Shown in pieces: positions 38,414 through 49,497 of a stretch of 64,000 nucleotides of DNA. A model generated the notes under the pieces. The model saw nothing but the letters and a program-made list of their open reading frames with translations. It searched no databases and was not told where the DNA came from. The stretch is from Takakia lepidozioides (lineage: Eukaryota > Plantae > Bryophyta). The stretch's first letter is position 1. Each line of letters begins with the position of its first letter. The DNA lies in NCBI GenBank assembly GCA_030704615.1, contig CM060731.1, forward strand, positions 5,952,001 to 6,016,000. The letters are read 5' to 3'. The translations under genes and the position numbers were made by a program.

Positions 38414-40826
38414 TTACAACCTGGTGTAACCGTTGAACAGCAAAATTTGGTGTAGACACTGAGCTCCTTGTCTGTCAGATGATGTGGGGGGGTACCAATT
38501 ATGGTGTGCAGCGTGCAAGTATTTCCATGCGATATGTCCCTTATAGAAAATGTCATCAAGTCCGAATTTCTGTGTTGACAAATTGTTGCAGGCTGCTTGA
38601 AACCATGAACGAATTTGAGAATCCTTCTGTATCATAACTTTTGGGTCATATAGGTACATATGAGGTGGGCATCGAAGGTAATACCCAATGATCTCCACTG
38701 GAGTAACTTGAAAGCGTGCTTGCATCTTTTGTTGCTCTATGTGGTAACGTATCAGAAAACAAGCAGCGTAGTATAGCCCGCACCCCATGACAATACTTGC
38801 TATTTCCTTGGTCTTGGTATATATAAATGAGTCCATGTACAACCTGGAAAGCAACCAATTCCCTCAACATGGTACCTACTCGTGCCAGTATTGTGCAAAG
38901 TGATGATCTTCAATATGTCGATTGTTTGGAAGAACTTTAGTCCTGGTTGCCACTGGCAGCCAAATACGCAATGATTTGGTAGTAAGTGGCGAATGACTGC
39001 GGAGGACTAAATTCTTTCCAAGCCAAAATCAAATGATGGGAATTTTGGTTGAAGGGCATAATCATAGCCCTACTGTACTCCATGGCAAGCTGGAGTTTTA
39101 GGTGGGTTATTAAAAGATGCATTGACCCATACATCCGGTCTACTGGTACACTGACCTGTTTGGTGGTGGTGGTAATGGTTCCTGTACCATTGGCATCTCC
39201 TGCACCTCCTGTGAAGACTGAAAAGCCAGAGTTCTGGCTTGCAAATAAGAAGCCATTAGCTGTTCCTGAGGGATATAGACTCTTTGGTCGATGTTTGAAG
39301 TGAGGTCTTCCACTTGAGTCTGGAGTCCGTCTACATCCTCTTGTAACTCTGCTATCCTACTATAGACATTGTCTATAGTAGTTGTGGCAATGTTCTGCAC
39401 CTGCAGTCTAAGCTCATTCATCTCGCTTTGGGTGAGCTTCCGTGGGGCTTTGCCTTCTACTGGGCCTTGTGCTAACCAGACCTGCATAAGGCTGTTATCC
39501 ACCAAGCTGCTTGTGGTTCCCCTGAGAGTTTGCTCCTCTCTTAGCTTATACAATTCCAACTGCTGTTGTAAAGCCTTCATGCGCTTCGCCTGTGGCTCAA
39601 ACCAATTGCGCATAGGCAGCAAGTAGATTATTGGCTTCTTTCGAAGCCTTGTTACTGACCGCGATTTCATTTCTATTGGCCACGATGGTTTGTTGCAACT
39701 CCACGATGTATTTCTCATTCTCAGCTTCCATCTGCCTGTATTGCTTGAGAGTATCTTCATTGCGACAGATTGTATTCTTCATATCGACAATGAGCTTCAT
39801 GTGCTCCACATTCTCTTCTTCTGCCTTCGTACATTTTTCCGCTTGACTGTTTATTTCTTTTGTTGATTGGTCAAGCATAGTTGTAAATGTAGCGCATTGT
39901 ATCGCCATCCTGTTATGCACTGTCTGCAACTCCGTATGTAGTGCATTCAGTTTTGCAACTTGCTTTCATGCTGCACCTGCATTTGGTATAGCTGTTGCTT
40001 ATGTGCTTCGTGCAACTGGTCTTGCGCGAGGCCTGCCTCAATCAATTGTTGCTTGGCCAATTGCAAAGCCATTTCTGTATTGGCCAAGTCCTGCTTCATC
40101 TTGAGAGTGACCTCTTCATCGACCTTGTTTGCACACTCAGTGGCAAGTCGAGCCTCAAACTCCTTCCTGAGTTCTTCTTTCAAGGCTGTCAATTGGGTAA
40201 TTGGAACATGGGTTTTGACATAAGTCCCCAACAAATTAAGTGTCTGCCTATGGAACTCATCAGCATTGCCTGTTGAGGGTCATCCTGGTGAGGTTGCTGC
40301 TGTTCCTCCTGATCTTCAACAGTATGATGTCTCACGAACCATTCAGACCATTGTCCCACCGGATTTTCTTCCTGAACTACTTCATTTATGACCGGTGCTA
40401 CAGTGTCATGGCCTTCCGCCTGTGGTACCTCCGACACAGGTGTGTGCATTATATGTACCTCAGGATTTCTCTTGGGCAACTGTTGCACCTCTGGGATTTC
40501 TTGTCTGCTTGACCAGACCAGAATATTCATAGAGAAGGTCCCCTTTCTCTATTTCTGCCACTATCTGTTCTGTAGTTGGAAATCTCCCTTCACTTTCCAA
40601 ATCAATTATTTCGGGTTGAGCTGCATGAATAACTTGTGACCTTGTGACAAATCGTTTCAATGGCTGTGGGTTGTGATGCAGAAGTAAACTTCTTCCTCCC
40701 TCTCTGAAGGTCCTGCTTCCAGTAATAACATTTCTTTTGTGCTGCTGTGCCCCTTCCTGGTCAATGAGCTTGGGAACATTATCATGCGGAATCCGTGAAG
40801 CCAGTGGATCCGTCACTACAGTCTTT
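38414..40826 (-). pseudogene. Fragmented coiled-coil ORF, probably a retroelement accessory gene
   Basis: Consecutive minus-strand ORF pieces rich in E/Q/K/L heptads followed by an aromatic-rich domain. No recognised family. Confidence 0.4.
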
Positions 40827-41326
40827 NNNNNNNNNNNNNNNNNNNNNNNNNNNNNNNNNNNNNNNNNNNNNNNNNNNNNNNNNNNNNNNNNNNNNNNNNN
40901 NNNNNNNNNNNNNNNNNNNNNNNNNNNNNNNNNNNNNNNNNNNNNNNNNNNNNNNNNNNNNNNNNNNNNNNNNNNNNNNNNNNNNNNNNNNNNNNNNNNN
41001 NNNNNNNNNNNNNNNNNNNNNNNNNNNNNNNNNNNNNNNNNNNNNNNNNNNNNNNNNNNNNNNNNNNNNNNNNNNNNNNNNNNNNNNNNNNNNNNNNNNN
41101 NNNNNNNNNNNNNNNNNNNNNNNNNNNNNNNNNNNNNNNNNNNNNNNNNNNNNNNNNNNNNNNNNNNNNNNNNNNNNNNNNNNNNNNNNNNNNNNNNNNN
41201 NNNNNNNNNNNNNNNNNNNNNNNNNNNNNNNNNNNNNNNNNNNNNNNNNNNNNNNNNNNNNNNNNNNNNNNNNNNNNNNNNNNNNNNNNNNNNNNNNNNN
41301 NNNNNNNNNNNNNNNNNNNNNNNNNN
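40827..41326. other. Assembly gap (500 N)
   Basis: Run of N. Confidence 1.
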
Positions 41327-43799
41327 CAATGTTAAGGCATGTAAAACCGCGGAATACTCTATACAGGCCAGTATGCGACGTCCTTTTGCAGTGGTATACT
41401 GGATTTCCCGTTGCACGGTCACTTATTTCCATGAGCGGATCTATAAAACCATGAGCGGACTTGTTACTGACGACATATCTTCGCCGCATTACATGATCTG
41501 GAACGTCCAAAAACGGCAAGGTCAAATAAAAAACTATTATTTTAATACTTGTTTAATCTGCCGCATTTCCAAATTTGGAGGAGTCCGCTCATGAAATCCG
41601 CGTATCTTAGACTTCGGCTCACCGCTCATGCGGCTCATGCGGCTCATGGCTCATGGCTCATGGTTTCTGCTCATGAAATAGTAAACCTCCTTACACGCTC
41701 AAGCTGCGTCCCTGGAGTTCTCACATGGCACTGTCTCAACTCAGCAACGCATGTATGAACATGGTAGAGAGAAATATAAGCCAGAACACACAGCTCCATG
41801 CCATGTGGCCCCCCGTCTGCTCAACTGGTCGAATATGGCTCATCACGGCACTACTACAGACCGACATCTTTGCCCCACTCACGGATCATGCATTTGCTTG
41901 ACGTTCCCCAGCTCGAGGCTTTGCACAAATCACCCACTGTTTGTAGGCACGCCAACGCTGAAGAAGCTTCCATTTGGACTCTACCAAGGCCATACTGCTT
42001 GTCGAAGTTGCCTTATGTAGTAGCTGATTGTCTGCAAAACACAGGATGTCCACAAGTGCGCCAACGGCATCACACTCTCCGAGTGTATGTCAAGCTAACT
42101 ACAAGTCTGATCACGGGCCTGTCCCCCAAGCGTCACGCCCTGATGCTTTCCTCTCTGCACGGTACTTTATTATTGTGCAAATGCTCGAACTGCTCAGCAT
42201 TTTTAACACGGTTCCAGCCTCCGAGCTACCTCTCGCCGTTCTCCAGCTCTCAGCTTACTTATATGTGCAATTTGGACGCTGTTCCCAGCCATGCCCGCCC
42301 TATGCTTCGCAAGCAGTTATTAGAGAAAGACTTCACACGGTTTTCGCTGCAGCCCCCCCTCTCTTCTCATAATGGGGACTGCCTTCAGCATGTGTACTCC
42401 ACGATCACTATGCTCCACAATCCACCTCGAGGTCCAAAGCCTCGGGCAAAACAAAACAAGTCATACCCAAGAAAAGAAGTTTACTGTCAACAACTACGAA
42501 CTGATTTGTATGCACAACTGCAGCTCCTTCTTTGTATATACAGAGCCTACGAGGCTGCCCAAGCCTCCATCTCGCCTCTTATTTGGCATCATGTGTGCCT
42601 CCCGTGCACAACATCGTACCGGACTACAAACGAAACGAGCAACAATGACTTCTATCAAAACCACTCATTACGAGTTGTGCTTTCCCTACTTCAAATATCA
42701 TCGACATAGTGCTAACATAAAAGAAATCTATCTAGCTTAGCACTACCAAAACTAGACAGGTCACCTCTCTCGAGTGATAAGAGAACTAAAATCACAACGT
42801 TGAGACAAGAACATGAAATACAACACCATCACTCGTTAAACTAAGAGTCGAGCCAGGGGCACCCCAAGCTATGGGGACTCCACCCCACAACATCATATTC
42901 TCCCTTCATAAGCACACTCCGATTCTAAGCAGTGAAGGAGCTCGGTTGTGCAGGCTCAACTCGAGAGAGATGAGCCGCACGACTGACACTCTCCTGAAGA
43001 TAAGATGGTTCAGGTGTCAAGCTAAACTTGACACCTGACTTAACACTTGAACTAAATCCAAGTGTTAAATACAAATAACTAGCTTTATTCTAGTTAGTTT
43101 CACACTGTGTTTATTTAACTTGACAAAACATCTCACCCCATGGGACTTCTCGCCCAAGTCAGGGGATATTTTCATATACCTGCAGGATTGGATAGACCAC
43201 TCTCAGCAAAGGAGGGTGCACCTGTCCGCTCTTGAGTACCTTCCTGGTCTCCATGATCAGCCTCGCCGGGACGGGCCTGCGCGGCTTTGGTGCCTGCGAA
43301 TCGTTGATCTGCAGTTTCCGCCAACATGGAACATCCCCAAAAGCCGCACGGCCTTCCTACATCATTGGAGGTGTTGCCAGTGGGCCTACGAGGATTGCAT
43401 CGGGTGTACGTACATGCCAGAGAGGATTCCATCGCAAACAGTGTATGGGGACATTCTCATAAGCTACGAGGATGAGTCTTATGGACATAGAGTCTCCACA
43501 GCAAAGATCTCGATTTACGATGGTGCATATATCGGAGGAGATGACACCGTTGTCCACTACACCAAAGGTGAACGGGCTACATCCATTGTCTTCACCTACC
43601 GACACCCTGTCAGTCATGAACTTGTTGAGAGGCCAATTGAGGTTCCAGCTTCTTGGTGAGAACAATGCAACACGGGAGCAAATTTCCAAACGGAGCATGG
43701 ATTGCATGCATACTTTTGGCTTCCCTTGGTTTGTGAGGGCATGCATACTTGTCACAGTTCATTATTAATAAAAATGTCTCCTTTGAACCAAAGTTCCAC

Positions 43800-44245
43800 T
43801 TTTTGTGCAATGTTGCATTTTGTTGAATGTTGACTTTTGGCAGCGAGGGTCTTGCACTCAATTTTGCAATCAGACCCACTGGAATGCCGTAGAAGAGATT
43901 TTCAAGGATCTGAATCTTAGTCCACTAGCCATGGCCCTGCTAGATAAATCTGGCTTAGAAGCTGAAGTTTCCAAAGCCATGTCTATTGCCAGGAAATTGT
44001 CTGAAGAAAATGACGGTAGGCAGAAAACTTCCCTGAACCTGTTTCCAGTCTGTGACATGGGTGAGGCCATCATGGATGACCTCAAGGGTCTACCCACCCA
44101 AAGCACTAGACTGAAATTCAAACTCAGGGCGGGTAGCCTGCCTTTGAACAACAAACAGTCGCAGAGAGGAAAGGGGGATTGTAAGTGCCCGTTGTGTGGG
44201 CAACCTGAAGACAATATTCACTTATGGGGAAGGTGCTTGCACGCT
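43800..44245 (+). mobile_element. Non-LTR retroelement 3' fragment fused to transposase copy 2
   Basis: TRLKFKLRAGSLPL...CPLCGQPEDNIHLWGRC is the C-terminal CCHC region typical of LINE ORF2. Confidence 0.6.
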
Positions 44246-44299
44246 CGCCCCCCCACGCTTCTTGTCAGACGCCACAATTATTGGTTTGTGCAGCGCATC

Positions 44300-46360
44300 T
44301 GCACTGGTCATACACCTTCTGACTGCATACCGTTGGCAGTTATTGCGCAAAGGCCAGGGGGCGCATTCCTGGACTACAACAAGTTTGCAATTAAATCCGT
44401 TACATGCCTTCCCGCAGACGTCGACGGTAATATCTTCTTTGAGTTCCCTCCTCAAACGGACTATTCGAGGGCGTCCGGAATGTTGATAGATATGGATAGG
44501 AAATATGACGGTCATCCTTGGTGCGTCACCAAAACCACCAGCATGAAGATGCTCAATGGTGTGCGGGTGCGCTACGTTGTTTGTGCGGGCGCGTTGCGGT
44601 GTTTCTCCCCAACTTGCTTCCACTTTAAATCCAGAGGTCACAGGAACAAGACGGATTGGACAGACACAGCTCATCAACCATTTCGAGCTCAGGAGAAGGT
44701 TCCAAACTCCACATTTAAGTGTGCACATTGCAAAGAACAACCACATTGCATGTCTGTTTATAATGCCAAGCAGTTCTATGTGTTGCACTGTTTCCCTGAC
44801 CTCACACGAGCTTGCATACACGTTGGTTTCCATTGTCACAAATTGGCGAGGGGTAACTCGCGGGAGGCTGCCCACGAGGCAGAGCAGCTCGTTCAGGAGG
44901 AGGTTAAGTTGAGACCTGGTGCCAAACCCAAACAGATACAGCTGCAGGTCGCCCATAAGATGACATTGGCCAAAATTATGTCGGAAGACGGCTCCGACAG
45001 AGTTCCTCTCGATGAGAAGGAAATGGAGGCATTGCTGGAGTCAGTGTTCCACGTCTGTTCACCGAATGTCCGAAACCACATTGTCTCCTGCAAACAGAGA
45101 ATTGGGCGTGGCTCGGATATGCACTTCATTCTGGAGGTGAAGCGACGATGTGGATATGACTACATTCATGGAAGTAGATTTCTAGGAAAGGGACTGAGGC
45201 AGATCGCTGTTTCGTATTCAAAATATCAACGTGTGGGCCTGGCAGCGGCGTCGAACTGGTCCACCGGATGACGAGTGAGGACTTGTCAAACAGTTGGGTC
45301 ATGTTCGACCATATCAAGCGAATTACAAATCACCAGTGGGTGACAATGGGTGCACATGTCTACGACACCCACTGGAGGATGCTAATGACAATTGTTATTT
45401 ATGAGATGAAATGAGAGGACACACAATCGGAGATGCTTCTTTGGCAGGGAATAAACGAACAGATGGCCAGGGAAGGATCTCCCCCCTTCCGTGGTTTCAT
45501 GGCGGACAACGCACAAGCAAATTGGGCTGCCATCCGAAGGGTGTACGGGGAAGACCCCAATGTTCCGATGAAAAGCAAGGAGAGATCTTGTGGGTTCCAT
45601 TTTCTGCAGAGCTTGTCGTAGTACACAACCAGGCTCGTGGCGCCAGATTTCAGAGAGAAGCACCGTTCCATGTGTCTTGCGTGGAAGCGTGCTCCCACCT
45701 TGGATGATGCAGAGACACAGTTTGCATGTATACAGGCTTGGTGAAATCAGACGAGGGAGCAATGGTCAGTTGGCTAGCATGGTGGCATTATCGTTTCCTC
45801 CAGTTCGGCGACTATATGCGGGAGGTGAGTTGGACGAATTTGGGTCCCGTTGAATATTATGCTAGCTACTCATTATTTGTAATTTGCTTGTAACCTGAAC
45901 ATGTGCATGTGCAGGAAATGTGTCTCGACTCCGACACCGACATGCCGACAACAAACATGGCCGAATCAGTACATTCTTCCTGGCGTGCCTCCTCTACGGC
46001 GCATCTGGTGGACATCCTCACTGCCACAACGGAGGACATTGTGAGGTCAATTATGCAGCAATGCAGGTACAACGAGTTCTTGAAAGGGAAACATTGGGGC
46101 TTGGGGTCGGACAGGCAGGAAATGCTGATGCGGACTGCCTCCAGATCGAAGAATCCTCGCAAGTGGGCGGCAGCCTTGCGAGAGGGCCTTCGGGACACGC
46201 CATTGCTTCGAAGTGGCCAACACTTGGAAAGAGATGGTCACACCCGTCCGGTGAGACGAAGACTTGACGAGGCATTTGACGGAGAAGAGGATTCATGGCG
46301 AACTGACAAGAATATTCGCACGCTCCCTCGTGGTCCCGTGATGTTGCCCGAGGAGGTCTC
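44300..46360 (+). pseudogene. GCM-DDE Mutator-like transposase, copy 2 (5' and 3' truncated)
   Basis: RKYDGHPW, CAGALRC, WVMFDH, GFMADN, SCGFH, TTNMAESVH. Close to copy 1. Frameshift and stops; SWIM missing. Confidence 0.85.
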
Positions 46361-46875
46361 GTCGAGCACCGCAAGTCCGATGTCTGAAAAAATGGCGCCG
46401 AATCTCCAGTTACATGGCCCAAGGACTGCCCAACATCTGTGCAATCCCCAGCACCATGTACCGAAATTCGGCGCCACATTTCCAAATTTTGGGCTTACAC
46501 ACTTGCCATGTTGGGACCTATAGCTGCAAAATTCGGCACCATTTTTCGCCGGAGACACCTATTACCGCGAAATACGTTGCAGATTTCTCCGGTTGTGGAA
46601 CCTATTACCGCGAAATTCGGCGCCATTTTTGCAGATGTCGCTCGGAATCCGCATGAGCGGAAGATGAAATATCATGAGCACAGCTCTCAAAACTACAATT
46701 TTTCCTTCAAACAATGAATATTATATTGGTTTTTTTTTGTTTTTTTTCCTGACACATTCCATTAAAAATAATGTTTTTAATGTTTTTTATTTCCAAATTT
46801 TGTACTTCTGCTCATGAAAACCGATTGTCTTGCTACTCCGCTCATGCCGCTCATGCTCATGAAATAGCTAACCTC

Positions 46876-49126
46876 TTGTGATGTACAATCATGAACTCCT
46901 CCGTCAAGCATTTTATGGCATCATTTATGAAATGTGATCCCTGATCACTGACGAATTCCTGTGGGCAACCAAATCGTGTGATGATGTTTTCATATAAGAA
47001 TTTGGCTGTTGATCTGGCAGTGTTGTCTCTTAGTGCCTTGGCATCTACCCATTTGGTAGTGTAGTCAGTGGTTGTGAGGATGTATTGGTTTTGTGTCTAC
47101 CTTGCTGGACGTTTAATGGGTCCCACGAAGTCTAGCCCCCAGCGCTGAAATGGTTCTGTTGGTAGTATTGGGTGCAGAGTCCCCTTCCCTGTTCGTTCTA
47201 CTGGTCCCATCCTCTGGCAGACATCACACTGTTAACAGTGTTCATAGGTATCTCCAAATACAGTAGCCCACCAGTAGCCTGCTAGTAATATTTTCTTTGC
47301 TGTCAGGTCCGAACTGAAGTGTCCTCCTACAATTCCTTCGTGTAGTTCTTGCATTACTGTTTTGGCTTGGTCTTTGTTTACACATCTTCTCATTATGGAG
47401 TCAATTCCTCTTTTGTACAGAATCCCTTTGATTAATGTGTATGGCTTGCTTTTCATTGAAAGCTTCATCCTGTCATCTTTGGTGTAATCTTCAGGAAATT
47501 TCCCTGTGCTCAGATAGTATTTGATTGGCCATTGCCAATCATCTTGATCTTAATCCTGAATATCTTCTGATTCTTCTTTGGTGACTGTATAAGCTCCAAT
47601 ACTGATATTGGCCAATTCTTGATTGTTTGTTTCTTTGTTTTCCTTGTCATCTTCTTCTTTTGGATCTGGCTCTTCTTCAATAATAAGTCCTTCATCAAGA
47701 GGTTCATCTTCATCGGATGAATCCTCTTCATCCGTGTCGTCCATGAGTTTGAGAGCATCTGGAAGGTCATAGTCTCCTTGAAACATTCCCAGAGCATTTA
47801 TAGGATCTGTCTCTTCATCTGGTGCTTCTGGTTGAACAGCAAATAGAAATGCATCGGGAAGTTGATCCTCTACCCCCGTGGCTGGTTCTCCTGTAGTAAT
47901 CCTTGACAGATGATCTGCTGTAACATGTAATCTCCCTGGTTTATAAACAAATTCAAAGTCATACTCATGAAGAAGTAATAACCATCGAGCATCCCTGCCA
48001 CTAGCTAGTGGTCGATTTGCTAAATGAACTAGAGCCTGATGATCCACAATAAACTTAAATCGATTGCCAAGTAAATAATGCCGAAATTTTTGAACATCAT
48101 AAATCATTGCCAATGCTTCCCTTTCTGTGGTGCTATAATTCTTTTCGGCTGCTGTCAGTAACCTTCTTGCATAATAGATTGGTGAATCTATTGTGCCTGT
48201 CACATTCTGAGCTAGAACCGCTCCCAAAGCAATGCCTGATGCATCACTGTGTACATGAAATGGTAAATCCCATCTTGGATTTATCAGAATTGGCGTTGCT
48301 ATGAGTGCTCTTTTTAGTGAATCACATGATTCCTGGCAAGCTGGAGACCATCTGTATTCGGCATCTTGCTTCAGTAGTCTATAGACCGGTGCCGCTCTGT
48401 GAGCATATTTGTCCATGTACCTTCTGTAATAGCTCGTTTGTCCCAGAAATCTCTTGAGTTTCTTGGGATTTTCTGGTGGTGGTATTTTCTGGATAACCTC
48501 CACTTTCTTTGGATCTACCAGAATTCCCTGTTGGCACACAATATGTCCCAATAATAATCCTGAATTCACACAGAATGTACATTTTTCCGGGTTGAGACTT
48601 ATTCCATTGTTTCTGCAGGCTTGTAGGCAAAGTTTTAACTGTGCCAAATGTTTGGATTTCTATCCGAAGACACTGAAATCATCCAAAAATACCTGCATAA
48701 AATCATTGAGATAGTTCTTGAATACTTTAGATACTGCTCGTTGAAATGTGGCTGGTGCATTACAAAGTCCAAATGGCATGACTTTGTAAGCATATGCTCC
48801 CCGTTCAGTGATGAATGTGGTCTTTTCTCGGTCTTTTTCTGCCATCTGTACCTGGTTGTACCCACTAAACCCATCCATGAATGAATACATCTCATGTCCA
48901 GCCACTGTGTCCAACACTATTTCAGTGAAAGGTAGTGGAAAAGGGTCTTTCTTGGTTCCTGCGTTTAACTTGCGATAGTCCACACACACTCGTAGTTTTC
49001 CATCTTTCTTGGGTACTATCACAATGGGTGATAACCATTGTGGTGTCTCTACTGGGTATATGAATCCTGCATCCAGTAACTTCTTGATTTCTTCCCAAAC
49101 TTTAGCTGCGTAGTTGGGGTTCATTC
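46876..49126 (-). pseudogene. Host Gypsy RT-RNase H-integrase N-terminus
   Basis: RVCVDYRKLN, MPFGLCNAP, FLDD, HSDAS, YSTTEREAL, HEGIVGGH, WGLDFVGP. Frameshifts. Confidence 0.9.
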
Positions 49127-49481
49127 TGTCAAGTTAAATAAGCACAGTGTGAAAACAGCTAGAATAAAACTAGTTATTTGTATTTAACACTTGGATTTAG
49201 GTCAAGTGTTAAATCAGGTGTCAAGTTTAGTTTTGACACCTGGTCTGTCTTATCTTCACGAGAGCGGCAGTCGCGCAGCTCATCTCTCTCGAGTTGAGCC
49301 TGCGCGACCGAGCTCCTGCATTCTTCAGATCTGAGTGTATGATGGGAGTGTAGGTTGTTGTGGGGTGGAGTCCCCATAGCTTGGGGTGCCCCTGGCTCGA
49401 CTATTATCTTAAAGAGTGATCTTGAGGGATTGCATATTTCTTGTGTTGAGAGTGCGTGTCCTTTTTCAAGTTTGTTTATCA
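49127..49481 (+). repeat. Terminal repeat A1 (355 bp)
   Basis: Appears identical to 60660-61014. Confidence 0.95.
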
Positions 49482-49497
49482 CTCGAGAGAGATGAGC
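49481..49497 (+). promoter_or_regulatory. Putative self-priming primer-binding site
   Basis: ACTCGAGAGAGATGAGC is the exact reverse complement of 49278-49294. No TGG-starting tRNA PBS present. Confidence 0.7.

Larger units (their letters stand above)
29880..41689. mobile_element. Mutator-like copy 3 (divergent subfamily); left end lost, right TIR at 41669-41689
   Basis: Transposase plus ParB-like gene. TIR GCTCATGAAATAGTAAACCTC with ATGAGCGG subterminal repeats lies beyond the gap, so its assignment to this copy is inferred. Confidence 0.55.
29337..43125 (-). mobile_element. Defective relative of the permuted-LTR Gypsy (ends only), filled with nested insertions
   Basis: rc(B) 29337-29421, rc(A) 29423-29703, GC, rc(B) 29706-29790, PPT 29796-29802; rc(A) 42775-43125. 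TSD AAGC/AAAC (one mismatch). Confidence 0.85.
29300..43659 (+). pseudogene. Orphan accessory gene copy 2, split by the 29337-43125 insertion (coding 29300-29336 + 43126-43659)
   Basis: Removing the insertion and one 4-bp TSD gives in-frame MACRDPINYPNK-HLTPWDFSPKSGDIFIYL, homologous to 13079-13648. Confidence 0.8.
24292..46875 (+). mobile_element. Mutator-like DNA transposon copy 2, both TIRs and TSD present
   Basis: Left GGGGGCTGCTATTTCATGAGC, right GCTCATGAAATAGCTAACCTC. Flanked by TTGTGATG (24284-24291 and 46876-46883; the duplication could be read as 8-11 bp). Interrupts the host integrase. Confidence 0.88.

Noticed and set aside
40460-41594. ORFs of 200-320 aa
   Set aside because: Artefacts of translating through the N gap.
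49174-49482. 102-aa ORF duplicated at 60707-61015
   Set aside because: Lies in terminal repeat A; its identity reflects the repeat, not coding constraint.
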